This document shows, in pieces, positions 31,700 through 43,618 of a DNA stretch of 64,000 nucleotides. Made by a program: the position numbers and the translations under genes. The DNA is taken from positions 66,898,001-66,962,000 of the forward strand of contig CM060732.1 in the NCBI GenBank assembly GCA_030704615.1, written 5' to 3'. Origin of the DNA: Takakia lepidozioides (Eukaryota > Plantae > Bryophyta). The notes under the pieces are model-generated. The model was not told the DNA's origin. It saw nothing but the letters and a program-made list of their open reading frames with translations, and did no database searches. Within the stretch, counting starts at the first letter, position 1. Every line of letters begins with the position of its first letter.

Positions 31700-34600
31700 A
31701 TGGACTACTACAGGGTGCTTGGCATAGGCAGAGATGCTAAGGCCGAGGATATCAAGCACGCATTCCGTAAGCTAGCGTTGAAGTTTCACCCCGACCGTCA
31801 TGTGAATGTCTCAGATACCGCAAGGGAAGCTGCAGTGCAGCGATTCAGGGAGGTTTCACAAGCTTATGAGGTGTTGAGCAATGAGCGAAAGCGGGCCGCC
31901 TACGACAGAGATGGTCGCATGCCTGGCGCCAGTTATGAAAGACCCGGAGCTTCTCGCAGGTATGGGGGCAATCACGCTGGATGTGAGCTTAATGTGCTTA
32001 ATAAGTTGGATACATCTGCTGCGCAGTTCCAGTGCTTCTGATCAGAAAATGGGATCTGAAGGAATATCTCTTCGTGAATTCATTTTTCGGGCAGGGGTTA
32101 TAGTCTGTAGGTTTGTAGTTCTAAGTTTCTAAGATTGCTGTCGCCAGTACCTAGAAGTGGTTCTCCCCCTCTTCCTTGTATTCCTTGAAGAAGCATGTCA
32201 ACAAGATTGAAGCTCTTCTGGGGATCAAATTCGGGTTTGTAGGCGCAGATAGTTTCTTCATCTACTTGCAGAATGAAGGTAGCACTAATTAAGAATTATG
32301 GCACTGAAAGGGGAATAGGGTTTGAGTTGTGCTAAGTTTTAAAATCTAGGTAGACATATTGACTTTGTTGCAGTGAATAAATCTCATTAGTTGGGATTTA
32401 AACTGTCCGTGAATTATCTGTGTATACTTTGGGCTTAAGAAAGTAAGTTCACATCAAGTTGTTGTGTCCCTTTTAATGCTTGCTTGAGATGGTTACTGTA
32501 CAGGGGTGGGCTCTGTTCAAAAGCTTTCTTCTGCGCAATAATGCCTTGGCAGGCCACTTTTTTGGTGGATGACTGTTTGAGTGTCCAGTACTCTCAGAAA
32601 AGAGTTGCGATATCCTTGACTAGTAGTTCCAAGGTGTAGCCTTCATTGAGCATGTGAATCTTGAAATGTTTCCGGACTATGACTCGGTTGGAATTTGCGG
32701 GAATGGGAGCAGGGGCGGATACTATAGACGGCCACAAGGATATGACTCATATAGGGGAGCTCAAGCCAGCTCTCATAAACACAGAGAAAGGTCTGGAAGT
32801 GGGAGTGGGGCTGGTAATTTTCGTTGGCAAGCTCCTCATGCAGCCTCCTCCCGCTTTTTAAATGCCCTTTTTATTGGGTATTTCTCTCTCACATTGAACC
32901 CTCTTCCTTTCTGTATAGGAGAAAGAGTAATCAGTTTACTAAGAATGGGTTTGCCCTCTTAATGAATTCCGCAATTACTGAAAACAAAATCTTTCATGAA
33001 TCTTGTTGTTTGGGCAGGCAGTCTCCCTTTGATTCACACATTAGTGTCGTTTAAGAGGTGATTGCTGTGAAACCGCAGGGTGATGATCAATTGAAACTTA
33101 CATATATGGAAGTGCAATCGTACAAAGCATTGTAGGGAGCCGGTAATGGAAGAAAGGCCAGGCTCTGGCTTCCTTCTTTATTTCCCACCTTTTCTTTATT
33201 CACTTGACCTTTGATTTGTTTGGTTTAGAATGGGTGGAGAAGGGGTGTGAAGCTGAGTAGGTCATGCACAAGTTGTATGGTCTTAGGATTAGGTTTGCTG
33301 CAAAGATGAGGCTTTAGTGGTAGGAGGAAGGCATTATCCACCTCCCAGGCGAGGGATAAACATGTGCATTATCATACTGATTTGGAGATCTTTCCCTGGA
33401 TAAGAAGTTTCTAATAGTCTGCATAGAGTGGCGTGAAGGGGACTGTCAAGGGGAAAGCAATTGACATTCTTTTTTATTGACTTGCAGGGTTGCGTTGCCC
33501 TTGTTCTTGTTTGCAGATACATTTGGAGATGTAGTCTGGAAGAAGAAAAATTCAGGAGTATGGCCTCTACCTCTTTCTTGCATCCTTGTATGTCTTTCTC
33601 TCTCGTCTTGTTCTTTGACTGGCACTGCAACCTTACCATTGTGACCATCTGTTAAGCTATGGGTTCTTTTAATAAACCCATGATTTTCTTTGTGATGAAT
33701 GTCAGCCCTTAAACCAACATTTGACAAATCCCCCTCAAGGGATTGTCCCTCTCTTCCTGAAGCACCAATCAAGCATCCCCTGTTGGGATTCATCAGTTTT
33801 CCTTGGGGGTGGGTTGTTGCTGTAGTAAGGTCCATGGACAGACAGCCAATTTCCATCGCCATGTATAGACACCAAAACTGGCTCCAAGAGGGTGAGGATA
33901 ATACACATTATTCTGATGCAATGTAATTGGTACCATGCTCAACGAGAGGATCTTGCAAAGCTTCAAAGTGTATTGTCAGTGCTACTGTTTCTGCTCAGTT
34001 GGAGAAGCTCAACAGAGCCAGTTGGCCCGGGTCTCAATTCTGGGTTAATACGTAATGCTCGTGTTAACAGCTTTCTAGAGCCAATTTGGAAGCCAGAACC
34101 AACTTCATTTCATAGGTCAGTGCCACTACTTGGCAAAACTTCCATTGTTTGGTTGGCCCCCTTGCTGCTCCAGCCCTCATGCTTGGCCCCTTCCCCTCCT
34201 TTTCCTCTGTCAAAACCGGGCTCGGGGTTTACGGCCAAAGTCTGCCAGGCAATCTTGAGTTATTACATTTCTCTCTCCCTTAGCATTTTTTCTTTTCTTT
34301 TTTCTCTACCTTATATCTTAAGAAGAAGGGGCAAGAAACTTTGTCGGATATTCTCTCCTAAAAAACACATTAGTACAGCAGGGAAATGCATGTGATCCAA
34401 GATCAGTTATCTAGATGTGGCAAGTGCATTGGTGTAAAACCCTATTTATACTGCTCTGGAAATGATGGGTCAGTGATATACGCTGGTTTCTACATTCCTC
34501 CCCTTCTGAACCGTTTCGGAGAGCAGACAACAGGACATCAGCCTTTTGGTCTGCTCTTGACACTGGGAAAGGTTGGAATTTGGGGATTCGGGGTGAGTTG

Positions 34601-35083
34601 AGATAAAAGGAGACAGCTGGGTCATCTGGCACAGGATGAGAAATGCACTGGAAAGAGCATGTGATTGGTATGTCGTCTTCACCCATCTTTTTTCAGATTT
34701 TCGAATCAAAGTTCAATGAGCTGAACAAAGTGCATGTGCACATTTTTGTGTGATTGTAGAAATCATTTGAAGAGGCCATAGAGGCTGTGAAGTGCGCCAG
34801 AGATGACAAGGAAGCATCTAGGTCTAATGGCTCCTCGCCTCATCCCAAAGGTGGTAATTCCAGAGAAGAGGTCAAGAGGGGATTGGGAAGCCTGGAATCG
34901 CACAATGAAATGGTGCAACGGCATCCAGAAATCAGTGACCCCTGCCGTGAGGCTGCATGGTTAGGAAAACACCTGATTATAGACAACAAGCTTAGTACTA
35001 TGAGGCTTTGTGAGCTTCAACTATGGCTTCAAGAAAGGAGGAGGATGGTGGAGAAGGAGCAGCGAAGAGGTACACACACTTAG
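31700..35083 (+). CDS. DnaJ72-like J-domain protein, 4 exons: 31700-31959, 32713-32877, 33488-33557, 34760-35083; 272 aa
   Basis: J domain with HPD (LKFHPDRH), a G/Y-rich linker, hydrophobic segment FLNALFIGVALPLFLFA and the family motif WKKKNSG|KSFEEA assembled across exons 3 and 4; 819 nt in frame. Confidence 0.9.
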
Positions 35084-35860
35084 GGTTCCAAATTACAGGG
35101 TAAAGCATGATGATGTATACCTTGTCATGCAATGATGAGGGTAGATGTGAATAGGTGAGGTATCAGTAGATTAGATATATCTTCATGCCAATGACTAATT
35201 GAAGATGAAAGCCAATGTAAGGGGCTGATAATTGGGGTGCATTTCTCAAGGAGGCGACTCATCCTAATCGGGTTTGAGCATCTTGGTGGATTTTGGGTGA
35301 AGGGGCAACCCTCTAGTGTGGGCTTGACCAGATTTTAGGATGACTAGGCAATTGTCTCGAAACATTGGTGACTCAAACATAAATGCACTGGTGACGTGCA
35401 GCTGAGCAGCTGTGCATACATTTGTTAAGTTCGACCTTTAGCTTTCCAAGTACCTTGTAAACACCAGGAAAATCACCAAATCATGATATTATCAAGAAGA
35501 GCAGAATGGACAAACTTCTTCACATTGGACATCAAGTGTGTCATATTGTTTGGAATTCATACTCTGTGAGTCAATTATGTCCATTAGTACTTAAAGTGAG
35601 CTGTAAAATGAGTTGTAAAAATCCGTTCTCCTTCTAGTGATGGAATGGATCCAATTGGTGTACCTCCCAAAATTTGACCAAATGTAAAAAGCATAAAGTA
35701 AAAGTGTTCCCTGGCCAAATCTTAAGGTGTGCACATCTCAGGTAGGGTTTCTTCACCTTTGAATCGACCTAAGCAGATACATTTCAATGATCTCATGAAG
35801 GTGAGTATGGGGCCTGGGCACAGAAGAATTTAGGTCGAAAGTCGAAAAGAATGGAGATAA

Positions 35861-36390
35861 GTGGAGTTTATTTCATTTATTTTTATTGAAAAATTTTGGG
35901 TTGGTTATGCCAATCCAACTCCGGTGAATGGGCAATATTTGCAATGGGCCATTCACTCTTCTTTTACCTGGTTTCTTTCCTACCCCCTGGCTGCTCTGCA
36001 GTTCGACCCAGGGGAGTGGAGCTGGAAGGACGATCACCGCTCCCCTTTCTTTGCATACTCCGTTAAGTTGGGTTACTCGCTGCTGAGGCCAACTAGATAC
36101 TTCCTACCTAAATGGACAGCAAAGTGGGGGCATCTTACACAAGCTTATTGGGACTTGATTTGGAAGGACATATGGAAAAAACAAAGAGCAGCTAAAATAT
36201 CAGGCTTCCTGTGGAAGCTGGCCCACAGAATTTTACCTGTCACCTAGTTGGCTACGGTTTCCGGATGTGCCTTCACGGCCTCCTAGTGGTTATTTTTTCC
36301 ACCTTTTGTGAACTCTTAATTTTTATTTATTTTGATTAAAAGGGCCTCTGTCCCCTTTCTTTCTTTTCTTTTTTTTTTTTTAAAAAAAAC
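35861..36390 (+). mobile_element. L1-type LINE 3' fragment (partial zf-RVT domain plus 3' UTR)
   Basis: YSVKLGYSLL...WDLIWKDIWK...KISGFLWKLAHRILPV is zf-RVT-like. It is followed by GCCTTCACGGCC...GGGCCTCTGTCCCC, shared with about 47716-47798. Confidence 0.8.
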
Positions 36391-37477
36391 ATTTTATGAC
36401 AGTTGTATTTTGTTCATGATATGAGCTTGTTTTCATTTCACTACGAAATATTTGTGGGATATTCGTGTAAGATGCAAAACATTCTCATGTGATCACGGAA
36501 GTAGCATGCTCACGCGACACCATGACTATATATATATAGCTCTAAATCGATGAAGTTATTAGAGCTTGTTGGGGATCAGTAGAGGTTGTATCTCAAAGAT
36601 GTAGGTTATCAATGTGTGAAGAAAAGAACACCTTCAAGCAACTAGGAGCATAATGGTTCCTCTTTCGAAAACAAATTGTAGGTGTGTGCATTGTTGGATG
36701 CCGAAACTCCTTGAATTGAGCTTTCGAACCCTAGTATGTATTGCAAGCTAAGATTTTTCGTCTGCAGTAAACAACATATGTCTCCATCTTTTTTCTTTTG
36801 TGGGGGGTGGGGGGCTTGTTGATTACAGTTTACTACAGATCCCCACAATGTAAAATAACTATACCTCATCCAAACTATAACATACAAATCCCTGTTGTGT
36901 AATAATTACATTGGGAATGAGATTGTTTACATCATAATAGTCTGCTCCAATAAACATTATGATACTTAGAGCCAATTTAGATTAGGGTTCCCCATTGATA
37001 ACCCAATTCAGCACAACAATTTTTTTCCTTTTTGTTTTAAGGGAAAGAGAGTCTGAATTGCATTAGAATGAGGAAAAATTAACCACAAAGGCTCGTAGAA
37101 GCGGCAGGCCGGTCGCAGCTGCCCTATTGCCGCTGCAGGACAACAAAGAGACTAAGAGCAAGGGGTACCAGAGTGTCCCCTACCAAGACCAACTACGAAA
37201 TAAGCAACCCAAAAGAACCACAAGAATTTGGAAATGCGCGGGAGTTGAATGTGCCCTTAGGGGGTGTGCCTGCATGGCACTCCCCTCGCCCGTTCCCGCA
37301 CCCTCATGCATGCAGCTCCTGTGGAGGCCTTGATGTCAGAACCCCTTCCCCCGGCCCGGCCGCCACACCAACGCAAACCGCAATATATTATTATGTAATA
37401 ATAACATACCCGTTCCCCGTGTAATACATAATTTATGTACTACCACCGTCTCATCATGACGCATGGTCCCTGATACC

Positions 37478-37707
37478 GTAGTGACACATCGTCACACATA
37501 GTCATACATGGTCGTATGTGATTGCAATCTTCATTGTTGTGTGCTTGTGATGTCCGCAACCACACGACGCTGGAGCTCTTGATTCGAAGATGATACTGTA
37601 GTGACGCATCGTCACACATAGTCATACATGGTCGTATGTGATTGCAATCTTCATTGTTGTGTGCTTGTGATGTCCGCAACCACACGCTAGAGCTATTGAT
37701 TCCAAGG
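37478..37707. repeat. Tandem duplication, 120-bp unit, about 1.9 copies
   Basis: GTAGTGAC(A/G)CATCGTCACACATAGTCATACATGG... starts at 37478 and 37598; near-identical for about 88 bp. Confidence 0.95.
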
Positions 37708-39659
37708 TGAGACGTAGTTTGTCACTCCCCACGTCGCAGCTTGAGTGTTTCAATTGATGGCAACCACATGACATCGTCTCCAAACATGCTCGCGAATGTG
37801 TTGAAAGATATGCCCCTGATCGAAGCGGTATTACAAACAATTCCTTGCATATTTTCAATCCATTGTGTTACAAACTGTTGGGTATGTGTGTGGTAGTGAG
37901 CAAGACGTCATTGGAACTCACTTTAGGGATTAGTTTGTTTCTATCCCGAGTTGTCCATTCATTTGATTTTTTCGTCTTGCCTTTCTCTTGCTCGCACTTC
38001 TCTTGCATAATAAATAAATAAAAAATCAATGATTTTATTTTAACATTTTTTATGAACTGCCCATTGAAGCATGAATCTATTAGCACCATTGGGCACATTG
38101 GACATCTTGTCTCTAGTGAAGCCTAGTCGGGCCAGTTTATAATGTGAGTATGAGCTTGGCAAGGGCAATAGGTCCATGGTAACATCATTGGAGCTCCAAT
38201 TGCACCATTTGTCATTGTAGGTTTTTTTTTTTTTTTTTTTTTTAGCATATCAACGAGCAAAATGTGAGAAAGAGACACTTCCAATATAAGCCTATGCAGG
38301 TCGGATTACAAAGTCTCTCCAGTGGAAATGATAAAAGATGCAAAAGACGAGTTGTTTGTCTTGGGCCATTAATTGATTTGCTTGTTTGGATGAGAGCATC
38401 TTGGTCTAGTGAATGTTAGGTGGGATGTTTAGTATGGTATGCAGATCAAGGAGTTGCACATTTTTACGTGGATCTCAAAATTGTATCCTAGCAAGCTCCA
38501 TGAATCTCTCTATCAATCTCTCTTTCTCTCTATCTGATTGAAAGATGTCCACCTTCGGAAGAGAAAGAGAAGACAATATTAACCCCCTTTCCGAAGTGAT
38601 ACCGTACTTACGCATCTAGCTTAAACATGGGTAAAAAAAAAAATCTTTTTTTTGTATTAAACTTAACAAGCAACAAAATTTCATAACATAGGTTGATAGA
38701 TATTAAAGAGATCATCCCCGATACATCTAAATTCTAAATACTGAACCAAAAACTTAGCTGAAATCCTATAGTCTCAACACATTGTCATAAGTCAAACATA
38801 AACATAAAAAAAACTCAGCCCTTTCAAATGGGTGCAAACTATCAATTATGAGCTTCTAGAGCAATATCAACTACAATGGATTCAGTAAAGTTACCCGTTA
38901 AGTGGGGCCCTGTTTGCCCATGTGATCCATCCCCACATATCATGATGATGGGCAGTAAGCGCCTATCCGTAAAGTCAAGAGAAATGGGCATGAGCGGCAA
39001 AGCGAGCGCCTCAGCAACATGGGCCCCGTACCAGGTGCCCCCATGCCACCTCCTCCTTTCTCCTCGGCAATCGGGACAGCTTCCCTTGCTGTAGCCTTGG
39101 ACTTGCATCTCACTTCCTTCCTAAACTTGTGGGGCCGCGGATGCACAGACTGAAGACAGGGGATCAAACGCGTTCTACGTGTTTTTTCACGCGATTTTGA
39201 GTTTTGCCCTGTGTTTTATTTGCTTGTACTTTGCCCGCCCCTCCTTTTGACATTCATTGCGGCTTTTGGCCAAACTGGCCGCACTCGCCCTCCATCCGGT
39301 TCACTTAACAGATAACTTTAGTATACAACAAACTTTTCTTATTTAACACTATCACTACATTGTTCACAATGCATGAAAGAAAATTACACCGTAGTCCAGC
39401 TTATGTTTTCCCCCCATTTACAATGAAGAGTTGTCACATTTAGTTTGATTTGCATCTCTTTTTCATTGTCATATAATGACATGTTAAGGGATTTACTAAC
39501 ACAATTCAGGTATAGTTTCAACAAATACTTAATAGACCGACATAATTATAGATATGCCCCCAAAATGACAACAATTGAGAAAAAAAATTGTTTCAAAGAC
39601 GTAGTCGACAAAAACACCATGTTTAGTGTATCATTTGTCAAGTTATTCAATAATTTTTC

Positions 39660-39790
39660 ATAGCACGCGTGTTAATAAGGTGTTCCATATATTTGAGACT
39701 TTTAATACTAAAGCAAAATCCTTCATACATAACATTATCGACTAATTTGGGCTTGTCAATAAAATTTCATGTATTTGCAAGATATGGAAA
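39660..39790 (+). pseudogene. Possible hAT transposase catalytic-region relic
   Basis: HIFETFNT...IID*FGLVNKISCICK resembles the segment preceding the second catalytic Asp of hAT transposases; highly decayed. Confidence 0.3.
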
Positions 39791-42466
39791 TCAAGTTTTC
39801 AGTAAATTAATATTAATTGCACATTTTTAGTAAAGATGATCTTGAACCAATAACAAAAATAATAAGTGTTGTCATTTTACTTGACATTACTTTAATGTAT
39901 TTGCAGCTTCTATGAACGTCGGCCAAGGAAGCATCTGAGATATTGAATAAGACAAATATCTCAATCCAAATTCCTCGAGTATCTCTAAGATTCCTTGAGG
40001 CCAATTTCTCAGCAACATTAATTATATGGCAGTTGTTTGCAATATGACTTGTGACATGGTTTGTGCAGTGTATGCCCATATACTAGCAACTGCTTGTGCT
40101 CTTGTTCAGGGTGCCCTATGTGCCAGTTAACAAGTTGGCTCATTTTCTATCATCTTTCTCTCGGGATCTTCTTGCACGAGGAGGTTAGTGTCATCCTCCA
40201 ATAATTTCCTTATCCTTGTGTTTTCACACATGAATCCTGCCCTACATCGGTGGATCTTCATCAGTGGAGCTAACGATATTTTTATTATCTTCTTTCTCAG
40301 GTGCTTTGTTTTATCATGTTGGGAGGTGGTTCTGCTTGACCACTCTTTACTAGTAGATGACTATTTTCCCCTCTGGGTATTCAACCCAAGTTTCTTTCCT
40401 TCTTTTTCCACTGTTTTGACCCTCAAGCTGAAAAGTGCAACAGCAACACTGGGTGCTATGTAAGGCTGTAAAGGGTGCTAAAAGTAGGCTTGCCAATGGG
40501 TCTACAAGACTGTTACATGGCATTCTTTTGGGCTAGCTCCATCCTACTAAAGAATCAGAAGATCTGCAGTTTGATTCCAACAAGTGGTTTGCTGAGGGGC
40601 TGGAGTCAATGGTCGTTAAGTATGAAGTCTCTGGTCGGTCAGTATGAGGTCTATGGTCATTAGGTTAAACTTGTGTAGCTCCCTTGTAGACCAAAGATGA
40701 ACTTAAGTGCAGTTGCAAGGCTAACGAGGCTAGATGAAAGGCTTTGGCATCATGAGGAGAGACAAGTGAGATCGCATTTGAGGGCAAATGGAAGGGATCC
40801 AAACCTCCGTATTTTTGACAATTCTAGTAAGTGGTCACTTTGATGCACTTTCCTTGTTCCGAGAAGTGATCAATGGGTCACTGCTTGTTTCAGAGGATGG
40901 AGCTGGAAGTGCATGTTTTATCAGCAAGATGTATGGCATACTAGTTTACATCTTGGTTACGATTCATAATCTCGATAGCCACTTGCAGAATCTCACACAC
41001 CGAGTTGTATGATGAAAGAAATGAAACATAGGACAAATGTATCATTATGTAAGATTTGTGTGTGCTCTTGTATTCTTGTCCTTCCTCGGGGAGAGCCCAT
41101 CATGAACCTTGTGAGCTACGCGCCTCTACGTTAGCTTTTCCTCTCACTAGGGGAGTGATCTGTGAGGGTTTCAAAATTATAATTAGGAAAGAAACACTGA
41201 AACAATCAATGTGCACGTATTTTATAATAACTATAATCTTAAATAATCCACGTGCCTCATTAGGTTCTAGTCAGGCTACATAGAATATTCAGATAGAGTC
41301 AACTTTAAGGTGATTGGAGATGCCTACACATAATCTGGTGTTAGTTTATTCATCTTCCATTTTTTTTCCAATTGTGAGTTTCCATCAAAGCCTTGTTTTG
41401 ACAAAGCATGATACATGAAAATCACTACTCACACACACTGTACAATTATAATTATATACTAAAGTTAGAAAAATCTCACTTGCAAGTATGGCTACCCAAG
41501 AAAATTTGGTCAACTGTCCTTACACCCTTATCAAGACTTGATTGGTGGAAAACATTTAGGTGTGTGTACAATCATGCCTACTAGGAAATATTGACATGCT
41601 ATTCCAATCTGTGTAGAGTAAGATAACATAAGATCTAGTAGAAACTTTTTGGAACACTATCCACACATCACTATTGCCACAAACCACAATACCCTTTGCA
41701 GTTTGCGGCTTGTTTTTGTTTTGTGAAAGCAAACTAAGCATATTCCTTAATGGCAATCCTTTATTTGGTTTCACTTAATTCATTGGTGTAAATGGGCCTC
41801 ACCGTGAGTTCCTCTGATGACGAAGAGGGAAATCAGTCAACAGGTTAAGACTGCCAGTCAACAATATATCAAGACCACTTCGATGTTGGACTTGAGGTCC
41901 ACTGCGCATTACTCGAAGCTTTTGAGGTTATGGAGTCACTAGCTCGAAATTATAATAACATGGACGATGATGGGTTAGTGCGTGGTGGAAGTGATGAAGA
42001 TGAAAGTGAAGAATGTCGTGGGACAAAAAATTTAACACAAGAACCTGATAATGACTAACGGTCAAATCTCTCAATCTTTAATTTCTCCATGACATGAACT
42101 AAGCCAAGGGCACATTTGTTAAAGGGTGCATTTGTTAAGGGAATCCACGCTGCGAAGTTCTCAACATACTCCTTCTCAATACCTAGAGCTATGGAGGTGA
42201 GAAACTCATGGAAGTTCAACTGTACGAGATGAGCCTCCTCAACCATCACAAGGGAAAACGTCCTATGCGAGGCTTAACACCTAACTTAGCATATGAGACA
42301 AAATGAAGTCCCAACACCAAAAATACCAATATAAATATCCAAAATATCCTAATTAACTAGAAGTAAATAATTCTAGTGAACCATGACTGAAACCTTGATA
42401 TCCTTGTAAGTTTTCGAATTACAACACTGGTATATTTCCATCTATGTTTCATATAGCTAGATCATG

Positions 42467-43182
42467 CAGAACAGGAACCGGAACCGGAACTGCTCATTGG
42501 GGATTGTGTGGGAACCGGAACCGGCGGTTCCAGCTACGACCACATGTGTGGGAACCGGCGGTTCCAGCTCCAAAGCGGTTCGGGTTCCGGTTCTTGGTTC
42601 TTGACCCCCGGGTGGGGCTGGTGGGCCCAGGGAAAAACTTATTTAATGCTCTTAAGCTCCTGAGATCCTGGGTTCAATGCTTGAAGGCCATGAGATTCTA
42701 TGTTCAATGCTTCAGCGCCATGAGATCTTGGGTTCAATCTCCAGCTCCATGATATCCTGGCTAAGTTCATTAATAAAATGTTTGAAGATGCCAATACTTG
42801 CCAGTAGCTGAATAGTACTTTCAACCCATAAAATTTTACCCATTTTCTTCTACCAGTTTATCTAGAGTATTTTTGTTTGTTTTTTTGTGTTAGTGAAAAC
42901 TAACAAAATCGTTGGATTTTAATTCAAATATGTGAATACACTGCTATTTAATCTACCGGACTGATAAAATATTTTAAATCTAATTAAATTAAACAATTTT
43001 TTTATAAAAATAGAACCGGAACCTAACCAGAACCGATGGTTTTTATCAGCAACTAACCGGTAACCGGAACCGCCCCCATGTTTAAAAGTTGGATCCGGAA
43101 CCGGATCCGGAACCGTCTCTTGAAATAATTTTGGAACCGGAACCGAAGGTTCCTTCACAAATGCAAGAACCGCCCAACACTG
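42467..43182. mobile_element. hAT-type non-autonomous element end with GGAACC subterminal repeats; TIR ...AACCGCCCAACACTG
   Basis: Dense GGAACC/GGTTCC hexamers; terminus is the reverse complement of CAGTGTTGGGCGGTT; followed by the 8-mer GTAGAAAC. Confidence 0.8.
42661..42760 (+). repeat. 30-bp tandem array (about 3.3 copies) resembling a tRNA T-arm/B-box
   Basis: TGAGATCCTGGGTTCAATGC... units at 42661, 42691, 42721 and a partial fourth. Confidence 0.8.
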
Positions 43183-43618
43183 GTAGAAACACCAATCATG
43201 GCGCACCAAACCAGTTAAATGAGCATAAATTGTTCTGACTTTTACCTATAAAGCCATGTAAGATATTAATAAAAAACCCTTCAAATAGGCTAAATTTATG
43301 TAATTAGAAGTATCTTCCAATTCTGAGCTTTTACTACCTTAAAATGGGCCCCTAGTAAAGGGGGTCCGTGGTTGCATGTAACCTACCTGACCCTGACGTG
43401 TTTCAAAGACAATGAGTCACCATGGTGGGTTCTGTGACAGCAATGCCGGCGCATTCTTCAGTGTATGTTCGTTCGAGAACCGAGTACATTGCTCCCCTTG
43501 TGGTTTGGTGTATGTCAATGATGGTTTACAACATGATATGCAAAAATAACTAAATCACCTTAGCCAGAATGGTAATCAGAAACACCACTTTGATATTGTG
43601 GCTGATTTAACTTATCTG

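Noticed and set aside
42467-43182. CRISPR-like array (GGAACC repeats and 30-mers)
   Set aside because: Eukaryotic context, no unique spacers, no cas genes; these are transposon subterminal and tandem repeats.
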